Below the pieces are notes generated by a model. It searched no databases, was not told the origin of the DNA, and was given only the letters and a program-made list of their open reading frames with translations. Both the position numbers and the translations under genes were made by a program. From contig CBDUZO010000001.1 of assembly GCA_965371725.1 (NCBI GenBank), forward strand, positions 13,123-77,122: a DNA stretch of 64,000 nucleotides. The letters are read 5' to 3'. This DNA is from an uncultured Phycisphaerales bacterium. GTDB taxonomy: Bacteria; Planctomycetota; Phycisphaerae; UBA1845. Positions 27,949-38,355 of this stretch are shown here, piece after piece (position 1 is the first letter of the stretch; every line of letters begins with the position of its first letter).

Positions 27949-30018
27949 TTGGCCACATTTGAGCTTATCAGCCCTTTCGAGCCGCGCGGGGATCAGCCCG
28001 CCGCCATCGAGAAGCTCACCGCCGGCTTTCGCGGCAAGGCCAAGCACCAATGCCTCCTCGGCGTGACCGGCTCGGGCAAGACCTTCACGATGGCCAACGT
28101 CATCGCGACCCTCGGCAAGCCGACGCTCGTGATCTCGCACAACAAGACCCTCGCGGCCCAGCTTTACGAGGAGTTCCGCGGGCTGTTCCCCCGCAATGCC
28201 ACCGAGTATTTCGTCAGCTACTACGACTACTACCAGCCCGAGGCTTACATCCCACAGCGCGACATCTATATCGAGAAGGACGCCTCGCGGAACGACGACC
28301 TCGACCGCTTGCGACTCAGCACCACCAGCTCGTTGGTCTCGCGGGACGATGCGATCATCGTGGCCAGCGTCTCCTGCATCTTCGGACTCGGATCGCCGGA
28401 GGACTACAAGGCCAGCGTCATCGTGCTGGAAACGGGCCAGACCATCGAGCGGGATGATCTGCTCAAACGATTCGTCGACCTTCAGTACGCCCGTAGCGAC
28501 TTCGATTTCAAGCGCGGGACCTTCCGCGTTCGCGGGGACGTGATCGAGCTTCACCCGGCTTATGAGGAATTCGCCTACCGGATCGAGATGTTCGGTGATC
28601 AGATCGAGAAGCTCGAAACGATCAACCCGCTCCACTCGGAATCGCTCGGCGTGATGGACAAGGTGTTCATCTACCCGGCTGTCCATTATGTAATGCCGGA
28701 GGATCGCATCGCGCGGGCGACCGCCGCGATTCTCGAAGAGCTCGATCTTCAGGTGAAGAAGTTCCGCCGATTGGGCAAGCTGCTCGAGGCTCAACGTCTG
28801 CTCGCCCGGACGAAGTATGACGTCGAGATGCTCCGCGAGGTCGGGTACTGCTCGGGGATCGAGAACTATTCAAGACACTTGAACGGCACCGACCCCGGCG
28901 CGAAACCTTACACGCTGATTGATTACTTCCCAAAAGAGTTCCTGCTCATCATCGACGAGTCGCACGCCACGATCCCTCAGATTCGCGCCATGTACAACGG
29001 TGATCGCGCCCGCAAGGAGACCCTCGTCGAGCACGGCTTCCGCCTGCCGAGCTGTCTGGACAATCGCCCGATGCGGTTCGACGAATTCGTGGGGATGTGG
29101 GACCAGGTGCTGCTAGTCTCGGCTACCCCGGCGCCGTATGAGCTCGAGCTGTGCAGCGGCGAGGTTGTCGAGCAGGTGATCCGGCCCACCGGGCTCGTCG
29201 ACCCACCGATCGAGGTGTTGCCCGCCCAAGGCCAGGTGCAGGACCTGCTCCAACGCATCCGCGAACGGGCGGCTGTCGGGCAGCGTGCCCTGGTCACAAC
29301 GCTCACAAAGCGATTGGCCGAGGACCTGTCACGGTATGTCGATCAGGAGGGCATTCGATGCCGCTACATGCACGCCGATATCGACACGCTCGAGCGCGTG
29401 AGCATTCTCAAGGAGCTGCGCGAGGGCAAGTTCGACGTGCTCGTCGGCGTCAACCTGCTCCGCGAGGGCCTGGACCTTCCGGAAGTCTCGCTCGTTTGCA
29501 TTCTCGATGCGGATAAGGAGGGGTTCCTCCGAAGCGAGACGTCATTGATCCAGACCATCGGTCGAACGGCGCGTAACGTCAACGCCGAGGTCAAGCTCTA
29601 TGCCGACAGGGTCACACGGAGCATGCAGCGGGCCATCGACGAGACGGACCGCCGCCGCAGGGTCCAGCTCGCCTACAACGAGGAGCACGGGATCACACCC
29701 GAGACAATCAACAAGGAAATCCGATCATCGCTCGAACAGTTCGCCAAGTCGCACAAGGTCGCCGCCGAGGCGATCCGCGCCTCCGAGGAGGAGCTTGACC
29801 GGACCGAGCTGATCGGGATGTTGGAGAGGGAGATGCTCGAAGCCGCGGAAGCCCTCGAGTTCGAGCGGGCAGCCAAACTCCGCGACCGGATCAAGGAACT
29901 CAACGACCTGCCCGAGCTTGTCGTGAAGGATGCCTCACGCGCGCCGGTCGACACGCAACCCGCCAAACCAAAACGCACAGGCCGTCGCCGAGGCGGCTCG
30001 AGCCGTCGCGGAAAGTGA
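27949..30018 (+). CDS. uvrB: Excinuclease ABC subunit B
   Basis: 689-aa ORF. Matches: FELISPFEPRGDQPAAIEKL, Walker A GVTGSGKTFT, YYDYYQPEAY, DESH box IIDESHATIPQ, helicase motifs, and the C-terminal UVR motif EFERAAKLRDRIKEL. Confidence 0.97.
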   Translation: MATFELISPFEPRGDQPAAIEKLTAGFRGKAKHQCLLGVTGSGKTFTMANVIATLGKPTLVISHNKTLAAQLYEEFRGLFPRNATEYFVSYYDYYQPEAYIPQRDIYIEKDASRNDDLDRLRLSTTSSLVSRDDAIIVASVSCIFGLGSPEDYKASVIVLETGQTIERDDLLKRFVDLQYARSDFDFKRGTFRVRGDVIELHPAYEEFAYRIEMFGDQIEKLETINPLHSESLGVMDKVFIYPAVHYVMPEDRIARATAAILEELDLQVKKFRRLGKLLEAQRLLARTKYDVEMLREVGYCSGIENYSRHLNGTDPGAKPYTLIDYFPKEFLLIIDESHATIPQIRAMYNGDRARKETLVEHGFRLPSCLDNRPMRFDEFVGMWDQVLLVSATPAPYELELCSGEVVEQVIRPTGLVDPPIEVLPAQGQVQDLLQRIRERAAVGQRALVTTLTKRLAEDLSRYVDQEGIRCRYMHADIDTLERVSILKELREGKFDVLVGVNLLREGLDLPEVSLVCILDADKEGFLRSETSLIQTIGRTARNVNAEVKLYADRVTRSMQRAIDETDRRRRVQLAYNEEHGITPETINKEIRSSLEQFAKSHKVAAEAIRASEEELDRTELIGMLEREMLEAAEALEFERAAKLRDRIKELNDLPELVVKDASRAPVDTQPAKPKRTGRRRGGSSRRGK

Positions 30019-30081
30019 CCACCGCTCGCCACACGACTGTCAGACCAGTTCTAGTAAGAATCTGCCGATACCTCCTGTTCT

Positions 30082-30124
30082 GAGCCGCGGGCTGCCGCAA
30101 GGCGGCTTTGCCGCGCCCGCGCGG
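30082..30124. repeat. REP-like palindromic element just downstream of uvrB; possible terminator or mRNA stabiliser
   Basis: GAGCCGCGGGCTGCCGCAAGGCGGCTTTGCCGCGCCCGCGCGG. Its reverse complement recurs at 49719-49761 with one mismatch by my alignment. It contains the inner hairpin GCCGC-AAG-GCGGC followed by TTT. Confidence 0.7.
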
Positions 30125-30192
30125 AGCTACGGATGACGATTGAGTCCGCCTCGGCGAATCGGTATTGTCAAACTAGATCTGGTATCAGACTG

Positions 30193-30320
30193 ACCTGGTG
30201 CCGCTTCCAGAAAGGTAATGGTGTCGCTTCCTCCCCTCCTTGACAAGGAAGGGTTGGGGGAGGTTCTTCTCCGTCTGCACGAACCCCCCTCGTCCCCATC
30301 TTCGTAAGGGGGGAAGAAAG
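30193..30320 (+). repeat. 128-bp double-hairpin dispersed repeat, copy 1
   Basis: Aligns base for base without gaps to 40418-40545; I count about 110 of 128 identical. Hairpin cores are CCCCTCCTTGACAAGGA(A/G)GGG and CCCC..CTT-NGT-AAGGGGGG. Confidence 0.8.
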
Positions 30321-30351
30321 TCCGGCGCTCTTCGTGACGAGTCGACGTTTC

Positions 30352-30981
30352 CTATTCGATGATCCGGTGCCCGATGAAGCTGAACGTCTCCTCCATGTGA
30401 ACGTACTCCTCAGGCACGAGGTCAAACGCGTTCGTCGTGACGTCGGAGACGAACTCGAACGTTCCGCGGATCGTGTCGATGTCATCGCCGTCGAACTCTC
30501 CGCTCGCTATGGCTGTGGCCTCGGCCACCTGCCCCAACACAGGCACGAAAGCCGCCAGCCGGCTCTCGAATGCGAAGCCTTGTGCGTCGGACGTCTCGGC
30601 CCCATACGTCGCGGCGGAGTATGAGAGTCCCGACTGGGTCGTATCGTGCTGCTCACCGTCAAACAGGAGCTCCGAGCCGAAGATCTCGGAAGCGAGCGTA
30701 TTGTTCTCAAAGGCCTCCAGCTCTCCATTCGGCCCGAACCTGACGACCATGAACGCCAACCCCTGCGCGTTGCTGCCCGGGCCGCGCATGAGTTGCCATC
30801 TGCTGTCGGCGAACGCCAGCACACCGCTGCCCATCGTCGTCTCGACTTCGGTGCCGTCAGGGAGCTCTACCGTGACCGTGTCCGGAAGGGCGTTGCTGCC
30901 ACTACAGCCAACGGTCATCAGCAAAGCGACGGCGGGAAGGACCGTCAACAAACCAACCGCACGAAATGCGTATCCAAACAT
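30352..30981 (-). CDS. Hypothetical lipoprotein
   Basis: The track ORF is 30352..31146. ATG 30981 gives MFGYAFRAVGLLTVLPAVALLMTVGCSG, a signal peptide plus lipobox. The rest is Asp/Glu/Gly/Thr-rich with no recognisable motif. Confidence 0.55.
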   Translation of the reverse strand: MFGYAFRAVGLLTVLPAVALLMTVGCSGSNALPDTVTVELPDGTEVETTMGSGVLAFADSRWQLMRGPGSNAQGLAFMVVRFGPNGELEAFENNTLASEIFGSELLFDGEQHDTTQSGLSYSAATYGAETSDAQGFAFESRLAAFVPVLGQVAEATAIASGEFDGDDIDTIRGTFEFVSDVTTNAFDLVPEEYVHMEETFSFIGHRIIE

Positions 30982-31904
30982 CACTTGTCTGCTCCTTCGG
31001 TTAATAGAAAAGGACCGACTTGTCTTCCAACGAATACCCAACCTCTCAATCGGAAGTTCGCGCGGGTCTCTTATGCCAAAGACCGGCACGAAAACACGGC
31101 CGGTGGCCTGATAACAGAAGGCCCTGAGAGAACGGGCCGCCCCCAAACGGGAGCCTCACTACGCAAAGCATGTGTCGGTGATCCGTGCGATATTATCAGC
31201 CCGTATGAGCGATCCCCGTACTCGATGCTCCGACAGCGGCGGCACGTCCGGTATCCTTTCCTCCGGTATGCGTATCTCTTCCGACGCGACGATAAGTGTC
31301 ATGCACATGACATCCCAGGCGGACGAATGCGACGTCGCCAGCCGCCTGATCGGCGTAAGACGCGTCGCCGGGCGTACGCGCGGCTACGCCTCCCGCTCAA
31401 CCGCAAGCTGGACACGATGACCACGAGGCCGTGCGGACTTCGTCGCCAGCCGGTGGGGAACGACACGACGGACCGGGCTCACCTCACGTGTCGAACGCCA
31501 CGAACAGGGCTACATCAAGCATCGCTGCATATTTGTCAGCATGAAAGCACGAAGTTAACTTGTGTCCCCGGGGCTCCTCGTCCGATACATCATTTAAATG
31601 CTATGGTGGTTTAGGAGGTTAGCGATTCGCCCACGGGGTTGCGTGGTTGTCGTGTGTGGCGTCCTTAGGGCTGGAATCCGGGTTTCGGAATCTCGCCTTA
31701 ATTGTGCGAAAATACATTGACAACGACCTGCGGGTCCGGACAATACCGCCCCAACGTGACATCGCCGTGGGGCTCGGTGGCAGCGGTCAACCATCGGCTG
31801 GCGATGCAGGGACAGAATGAATCCATACCTCGAGCGCTTGTGTTCTTCCCCAGCGGGGTGCGGGGCACGAGATTTCGTAGGATAGTTGGTGGGCTTAACG
31901 CATC

Positions 31905-33416
31905 GTGATGAGCGAACGATCGATTGAGCGAACCAGGCGAGCGTTGCAGTTGGGGCTGGTAGCGGTCTGCCTTGCCGGTGGTTCCGTAGCGTGCGCATGG
32001 CTGATCCACACGAGGCCGGAAGCCAGAACCTACAAGGAGCCGAACCGTGTGCGCGAGGTGGCCGTCACACCGGTCATCGGCTGTCTCCATCGGACTCCGG
32101 TCGTTGGATACGGCACGGTCCGCCCGCGCAACCAGGTCAACGTCGTTCCTCAGGTTAACGGTAAGCTGATCTACGCTCACTCGGATCTGGCCCAGGGCAA
32201 CGTGATTCCGGCCGGCGAATTGCTCTTCGAGGTTGATCCGGTTGTGTACGAGTCGCGGGCTCAGCAGGCGAGCGCCGAGGTACGTCGGCTCGAGGCGGTG
32301 CTCAAGCGTCAGGATCAGGAGGCCGTCAATCTCGACGACCGGATCGTCAACGCCGGCGAGATGCTGGCTATCGAGGAGCGGGATTACCTCACCTCGAAGC
32401 GGTTGTACGAGGTGGAGCAGGTCGGCACGCAGCGTGAGGTGGATCAGGTCAAGCAGAAGTACCTTCGGCAGAAAGACGCGCTGGCTGAGTTGACCTCGCG
32501 GCGCTCGATGATCCCGCACCTGAAGCTCGACACAGAGGCCCAGCTCGTGGCGGCCCGAGCACGGCTGAAGCACGCCAATTACGATCTGGACGGTACGAAG
32601 ATCCACTGCCCGTTCACGGCCCGCGTCGAATCGGTCCATGCCCGTGCTTCACAGGTGGTCACGGCGTATCTGTCGATTGCCACGCTCACGGACATGGAAG
32701 CGTTTGAGATTCCGGTGGGTATCGACCCGCGGGACCTGCAATGGCTTAGCGAAACCGTTCGCCCCGCAGGGCTCGAGCGGGCCGATGGCCAAGACGGTCC
32801 GGCTGTGACGGTTCGCTGGCTGCTTCGCGGTCGGCAGTTCACGTGGACGGGGCATGTCACGCGGTTCGAACGTGTCGATGAGCGGACGCGCACGGCGCAG
32901 TTGGTGGTTGAGATCCGCGATATCGACATGGTCGCCACACCCGAGGACGGCGGAACGCAGCCGGGTCCGGCGTTGTCGATCGGGATGTTCTGCAGGGCCG
33001 AGCTTCCGGCGCGGGAGCTGACAAACGCCCTGCTCGTTCCGCGCCACGCCGTGTACGACAATCAGTGGGTCTACGTGTTCGAGCCGGATTCCGCCACGGC
33101 CGACGATCGGCTGGGACAGCTCGGGCGGCTCGCCCGTCGTCGCGTCCCCATGCTCCGGTCGGTCGGAGACTCCGTCCTTGTGGACTATGAGGGACGCGAG
33201 GGAACGGAGCTCTGCGAACTGCGACCTGATGAACAACTTGTTATTTCCCCGCTACTCAAACCTGTCATCGGGATGATGGTCAGGGTCGCGAACGAGCAGG
33301 TGGCTTCGGGCGATCCGGTTCTTCCCACCTACCCCATTGAGGCGGCGCCGCGCAGGATCGAGGCGGTCCGAACGGCCTTCCTCGGTCAAGTCGGTCACGT
33401 GCACGGAGGCGGATAG
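31905..33416 (+). CDS. RND efflux periplasmic adaptor (membrane fusion protein, HlyD family)
   Basis: 503-aa ORF (GTG 31905 / ATG 31908) with an N-terminal anchor LQLGLVAVCLAGGSVA. Lipoyl/barrel strings VVPQVNGKLIYAH, GELLFEVDP, and a coiled-coil hairpin. The stop abuts the RND start. Confidence 0.85.
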   Translation: MMSERSIERTRRALQLGLVAVCLAGGSVACAWLIHTRPEARTYKEPNRVREVAVTPVIGCLHRTPVVGYGTVRPRNQVNVVPQVNGKLIYAHSDLAQGNVIPAGELLFEVDPVVYESRAQQASAEVRRLEAVLKRQDQEAVNLDDRIVNAGEMLAIEERDYLTSKRLYEVEQVGTQREVDQVKQKYLRQKDALAELTSRRSMIPHLKLDTEAQLVAARARLKHANYDLDGTKIHCPFTARVESVHARASQVVTAYLSIATLTDMEAFEIPVGIDPRDLQWLSETVRPAGLERADGQDGPAVTVRWLLRGRQFTWTGHVTRFERVDERTRTAQLVVEIRDIDMVATPEDGGTQPGPALSIGMFCRAELPARELTNALLVPRHAVYDNQWVYVFEPDSATADDRLGQLGRLARRRVPMLRSVGDSVLVDYEGREGTELCELRPDEQLVISPLLKPVIGMMVRVANEQVASGDPVLPTYPIEAAPRRIEAVRTAFLGQVGHVHGGG

Positions 33417-36400
33417 ATGCGTCCGCTCCGCGGGTTCATCGCGGCCGGTGTTCACAATCCCGTTCTCGTCAATCTCCTGATGGTCTGCATGCTGGCGTGC
33501 GGTGCGTTCGCCGTGTCCGACATGGTGCGCGAGGCCTACCCCGAGTGCGCGGTGGACTATCTCTCGGTTGACGTAACCTATCCGGGTGCCAGCCCGGAGG
33601 ACGTCGAGCGGGCAATCTGCATTCCCATCGAGGAAGCCGTGATCGGACTCGAGGGCGTCCGGGAGGTTATGTCGCGGTCCTACGAGAACTACGGGACCGT
33701 CTGGATCTCGCTGTTCTATGACGTCAAAAACCCTCGCAAGGTCCTCGACGAGGTCAAGCAGCGCATTGACCAGATCACGACATTTCCACCGGACGCGGAA
33801 AAGCCCGTCGCCGGCGAGATGGTGCTGCGATCCGAAGTGATCAACATCGCCGTCTACGGTGACGTGCCCGAGCGCAGCTTGAAGAGATTCGCCCAGGAGG
33901 TCGAACGTGAGCTTCTCACGCGCCCCGAGATATCGCAGATCGTGCTGTGGGGCACGCGGGAAGACGAGATCATCATCGAGGTCTCGGAAGAAGTACTACT
34001 GGCGTACGGCCTGTCCATGACGCAGTTGATGGACGTGGTCGCCAGGAGCAGCCTGGATCTACCGGCCGGGGTGATACGAACCGCCCACGAAGAAGTGACC
34101 TTACGTATCACCGGTCAGCGTTACGCGGCCATCGATTACGAAAACCTCGTCGTGATCGAGGACCCCAATGCGGTCGTCCGGTTGGGCGATATCGCGACCG
34201 TGCGGGAGGGATTCGAGGAAGAGTATCGGCACGGGCGTTTCAATGGTGAGCCGGCCGTCACCGTCGCGGTTTATAAGACGCCGGACCAGGACAGCACGAC
34301 CATCGCCGGGATCGTGCGGGAGTATGTCGACGCCCGCCAGGCAGCGCTTCCCAGCGAACTTCACATGACCTGGTGGGGTGACACCTCGGCGACCATCGAC
34401 TCGATGATCCACATCCTGCTGAAGAACGGCGCCGCCGGGATCCTGCTGCTTTTCCTCACGCTGCTGATCTTCCTGCAGCTTCGCCATGCGGTGTGGGTGG
34501 CTGTCGGCATTCCGATTTCCTTCGCCGGCGCCCTGGTCATCACGCACGTGCAGGGTGGAACGATCAACCTCATCAGCCTGTTCGCACTGATCATGGTCAC
34601 GGGCATCATCGTAGACGACGCAATCGTCATCGCCGAGAATATCCACTCGCGCCAACGTCACGGCGACCCGCCGGAGTTGGCTTCCATCGAGGGTGCCTAC
34701 CGGATGTCACTTCCGGTGCTCGGCGCGTCGCTCACGACGATCATCGCCTTCGTGCCCTTGCTGTATATCGTCGGCGTGATGGGTCGATTCATTTACGTGC
34801 TGCCGGTAGTGGTGATCGCCGCGATCGTGGCATCGGCGGTCGAAGCGTTCTTCATTCTGCCGTCACACTTGTGCTACCGCAAGCCAGTGGGCGTCGAGAT
34901 CAAGCGTCGTGGCCCCAACCGTGTGCGACAAGCGATCAATCGGGGGATCGAGCATGTCATCACACGCTGGTACAGACCCGTGTATCGTCTTGCCCTTGAC
35001 CACCGCGGCGTAACCCTCTCGATCGCCACGGGTGCTTTTCTCGTGACGATCGGTCTTATCCTGGGCGGTCGGACGTCCATCGTGATCCTGCCCAAGGAGG
35101 ACTCGAACATCATCTACGCGCGGGTTCGCTTCCCCGAGGGCTCACCCGCGAGCGTGACCGAGCAAGCCATCGAACGGATCGAGGCCGCCGCGCTTCGCCT
35201 CAACGATGATCCGCTCTGCAAACCGGCGACGGAAGGTGATCTGGTTCGTAACGTCTACTCGATTGCCGGCGCGTTTCCCGACTTCGTTCCGCTGAGCGGT
35301 ACGAACCTGTGTGAGGTCCGGCTCGAAATGATGCCGGCTGAGCAGCGTCTCGTCACAGCCGAGCGGATCATGGAGCGATGGCGGGACCGGATCGGCACGA
35401 TTCCGGACGTGGTGGAGCTGACCATCGAGCCGAAGCAACTCGGTCCGGCCGAGCGCCCGATCGAGATTCGTTTGATGAGCGACAGCCTCGACGATCTGGC
35501 CGAGGCATCACGGCGCATCCAGGCGAAGCTTCGTGAGTTCGAGGGTGTGACCGACGTCCACGACGACCTTATTCCGGGAAAGAGGGAGCTCCACGTAACG
35601 TTGCGGCCGGCTGCCCGCTCGCTCGGGCTGACGCTCGACACCGTTGCCAAGCACTTGCGCCACGGATTCTTCGGTGGCGAGGCGGTCCGGCTCCATCGCG
35701 GGCGCGATCAGCTCAAGGTTCGCGTACGGTATCCGCCGGAGCAGCGTCGGAGCATCACCGATATCGAAAACGAACGCATCGCCACGCCCACCGGGGACGT
35801 GGTCCCGTTCCTTGAGGTTGCCAATGTCACCTGGGCGCGCGGTTACTGGAGCATCGGTCATCAGGAGGGGAAACGGCGGGCGCGCGTGCAGGCGAACGTT
35901 GACGAACGGCTGGCGAACGCCGAGCGAATCATCCGGACGCTCGAAGCCGGTTTCCTGGACACGGTGATCGGTGACTTTCAAGGCATGAGCTACACGTTCG
36001 GCGGCGACCGGAAGCGTATGACCGAATCGATTGATAGTCTCTTTGGCGGTTTCATCCTGGCTGTCATCGCCATCTACACCGTGCTGGGTGCCCTGCTGCG
36101 CTCCTACATTCAACCGCTGGTGATCGTGATCGCGTTGCCCTTCGGGATCATCGGCGCGGTGTTCGGCCATCTGCTGTTGGGGTATGACTTGACCCTCATG
36201 AGCCTGTTCGGACTGGTGGCCCTTTCGGGTGTAGTGGTCAACGACTCGCTGGTCCTCGTAGACGCCATCAACTCCGCGATCCGAGAGGGCAAAGACGTCG
36301 TGACAGCCGTCCGCGAGGCGGGCGAGTTGCGGTTTCGCGCCGTGGTGCTAACGTCGATCACGACCGTGGCGGGCCTGCTGCCGCTGTTGCTCGAACGCAG

Positions 36401-36620
36401 CACACAGGCGAAGACGGTGATACCGATGGCGATCTCGCTGTCGTTCGGGGTGGCCTTTGCCACGCTGCTGACATTGTTCGTCGTGCCGTCAAGCTTCCTG
36501 CTGGTCAACGACGCGCGTCGGTTGATCCGATGGCTTCACTACGGCGGTTCCTACCCGACGCGGGAAGTCGTCGAGGAAGCGACGCGCGACCGGTTAACGG
36601 CTGCTGAGCGAGCGGTGTGA
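33417..36620 (+). CDS. RND efflux transporter permease (AcrB/CzcA superfamily)
   Basis: 1067-aa, 12-TM-type ORF. Matches: FIAAGVHNPVLVNLLMV, LIMVTGIIVDDAIVIAENI, GLVALSGVVVNDSLVLVDAI. Confidence 0.95.
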   Translation: MRPLRGFIAAGVHNPVLVNLLMVCMLACGAFAVSDMVREAYPECAVDYLSVDVTYPGASPEDVERAICIPIEEAVIGLEGVREVMSRSYENYGTVWISLFYDVKNPRKVLDEVKQRIDQITTFPPDAEKPVAGEMVLRSEVINIAVYGDVPERSLKRFAQEVERELLTRPEISQIVLWGTREDEIIIEVSEEVLLAYGLSMTQLMDVVARSSLDLPAGVIRTAHEEVTLRITGQRYAAIDYENLVVIEDPNAVVRLGDIATVREGFEEEYRHGRFNGEPAVTVAVYKTPDQDSTTIAGIVREYVDARQAALPSELHMTWWGDTSATIDSMIHILLKNGAAGILLLFLTLLIFLQLRHAVWVAVGIPISFAGALVITHVQGGTINLISLFALIMVTGIIVDDAIVIAENIHSRQRHGDPPELASIEGAYRMSLPVLGASLTTIIAFVPLLYIVGVMGRFIYVLPVVVIAAIVASAVEAFFILPSHLCYRKPVGVEIKRRGPNRVRQAINRGIEHVITRWYRPVYRLALDHRGVTLSIATGAFLVTIGLILGGRTSIVILPKEDSNIIYARVRFPEGSPASVTEQAIERIEAAALRLNDDPLCKPATEGDLVRNVYSIAGAFPDFVPLSGTNLCEVRLEMMPAEQRLVTAERIMERWRDRIGTIPDVVELTIEPKQLGPAERPIEIRLMSDSLDDLAEASRRIQAKLREFEGVTDVHDDLIPGKRELHVTLRPAARSLGLTLDTVAKHLRHGFFGGEAVRLHRGRDQLKVRVRYPPEQRRSITDIENERIATPTGDVVPFLEVANVTWARGYWSIGHQEGKRRARVQANVDERLANAERIIRTLEAGFLDTVIGDFQGMSYTFGGDRKRMTESIDSLFGGFILAVIAIYTVLGALLRSYIQPLVIVIALPFGIIGAVFGHLLLGYDLTLMSLFGLVALSGVVVNDSLVLVDAINSAIREGKDVVTAVREAGELRFRAVVLTSITTVAGLLPLLLERSTQAKTVIPMAISLSFGVAFATLLTLFVVPSSFLLVNDARRLIRWLHYGGSYPTREVVEEATRDRLTAAERAV

Positions 36621-38305
36621 GGGAACCGCTTGTACAAACGAGAAGAACCATGCGAAACGGATCAGGCAACGTACCGGGAAGCGCGGATCGTTACGGGTGT
36701 TCCTTCGTGGCCTTGCTGGCGATCGTGTTCACCGCCTGCTGCGGCTGCCGGGCACGGTTCGATGAGGTCCAGATGATCGTGGATCGGCACGCCGCAGCCG
36801 TGTCCAGGTTGCCGGAGGAGGAACGTGCCCTGCTGATGCCCTACGAACCACCGGTCGCCGGTGAGCAGGTTGAGACGGTGTTGCCCGCCGGGACGCTCGA
36901 TCTGGACGAGGCGCGGGCGATCGCGGTTCGCGCCAACCCCGACATTCACGCCGCGCAGGCGCGTCTCAGCGGTGCGCTGGCGCGGATCATGGAAGCCCGG
37001 TCCCGGTACTTCCCATCGCTCACGTTCACCCACACTTCGACGCGCACGTTCCACACACCCGCAAGCCGTAACCGCCTCAACACGGCGTTGCAGCCGAGCC
37101 AGCCGGTCCCAACCGACACCAGCGTCAACGAGTTCACAGTGACAACACTTATCAACGCGCTTCGCAGGCCGCTGATGGGTGATGATAAGCCCAAGGGAGA
37201 CAGCAACGCTTTCAGCGAGCACTCAACGGCGCTGACCGCAAGCTGGACGCTCTTTGACGGGTTCGTAAGGGATGCGAAACTCCTGGCTTCAAAGCACATG
37301 TATCACGCCGCCGGAGCTTCGCTCGCGGACATCGAGCGGCTCATCGTGCAGGCTGTTGATGCCGCCTATTATCAGATCCAATTGGCTGATGAGCGGCTCC
37401 GTATCGCCAAGGCCGACGAAGCGTTCAGCCAGGATCAACTGATCGAGACAGGCAAGCTCCGCGACGCGGGCCGTGCAACCAAGGCCGATGTCGACAACTT
37501 CCGTGTCCGGGTCCTGGCAGCCCAGGCCAACGTAACCGAAGCCGAAGGCCTGTGGGAAACCGGGCGGACGATCCTCGCCGAACTCATGGCCCTTTCCAGA
37601 CGGCTGCCTGATGATCTGACATTCTCTCCTTTGGCGGATGAGACGGAGGAGGAGATGGCTCTGCCCGATGCCGAGCCCTGGATCCGCCGGGCGCTGGAGA
37701 ATCGGCCCGATCTGGTCCAGCTTGAGCATCTACTGAAAAGCACTCGTGAGAACCTGCGGGCAACTCAGGGATTGTACATGCCAACGATCACCGTGAGCGC
37801 GTCTTGGGGCTTCGACCACGGCTCGAACCTGCGATACTCGGTGCAGGACCAGTCGTCAGCCGCCGTCCTGGAATGCCGATGGGACCTGTTCACCGGCGGG
37901 GCCCGCCAGGCACGGGTCCGGGTAGCGCAGTGCGATGTCCTCGAAACGGGGGCGATCCTCAAGAGGTTCCGGTTGGCTGTGGAATCTCAGGTACAACGCG
38001 CGATCATCGACTTGAACGACACCCAACGACAGATCCGCCTACGGCGAGAAAGCCTCGACACTTCCTTCGAAAACCGCCGGATCATCCAGGCCCGATATCT
38101 GGCTGGAAAGGAAACCCTAACACGGCTGAATGAGTCCCAGCGCGATTACATCGCAGCCGACGCCGATCTGGCGTTGGCCCGCATCCGCCTGCGCCTCGCC
38201 TGGAGCGATCTCCACGCCGCGGCGGCGACATACCGTGAGACCATCGGGAAAACAAACGGGACCTCAAGCGAAACTTCCGTTGACGACTCCGATAACTCAG
38301 GATGA
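36617..38305 (+). CDS. TolC-family outer membrane efflux protein
   Basis: 562-aa ORF (GTG 36617, alternative ATG 36650). Two OEP-type repeats with typical strings: ARAIAVRANPDIHAAQARL, YFPSLTF, LFDGF, LFTGGARQARV, RYLAGKETLTRLNESQ. Confidence 0.85.
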   Translation: MREPLVQTRRTMRNGSGNVPGSADRYGCSFVALLAIVFTACCGCRARFDEVQMIVDRHAAAVSRLPEEERALLMPYEPPVAGEQVETVLPAGTLDLDEARAIAVRANPDIHAAQARLSGALARIMEARSRYFPSLTFTHTSTRTFHTPASRNRLNTALQPSQPVPTDTSVNEFTVTTLINALRRPLMGDDKPKGDSNAFSEHSTALTASWTLFDGFVRDAKLLASKHMYHAAGASLADIERLIVQAVDAAYYQIQLADERLRIAKADEAFSQDQLIETGKLRDAGRATKADVDNFRVRVLAAQANVTEAEGLWETGRTILAELMALSRRLPDDLTFSPLADETEEEMALPDAEPWIRRALENRPDLVQLEHLLKSTRENLRATQGLYMPTITVSASWGFDHGSNLRYSVQDQSSAAVLECRWDLFTGGARQARVRVAQCDVLETGAILKRFRLAVESQVQRAIIDLNDTQRQIRLRRESLDTSFENRRIIQARYLAGKETLTRLNESQRDYIAADADLALARIRLRLAWSDLHAAAATYRETIGKTNGTSSETSVDDSDNSG

Positions 38306-38355
38306 ATCACGCGCGGTCGCACGGTGAGTCCCCCAAGCAACCTGGCGGCTTCGTC

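Noticed and set aside
31159-31308. 49-aa minus-strand ORF (MCMTLIVASEEIRIPEERIPDVPPLSEH...) in the gap upstream of the RND operon
   Set aside because: It is short, has no ribosome-binding context or recognisable motif, and cannot be distinguished from chance.
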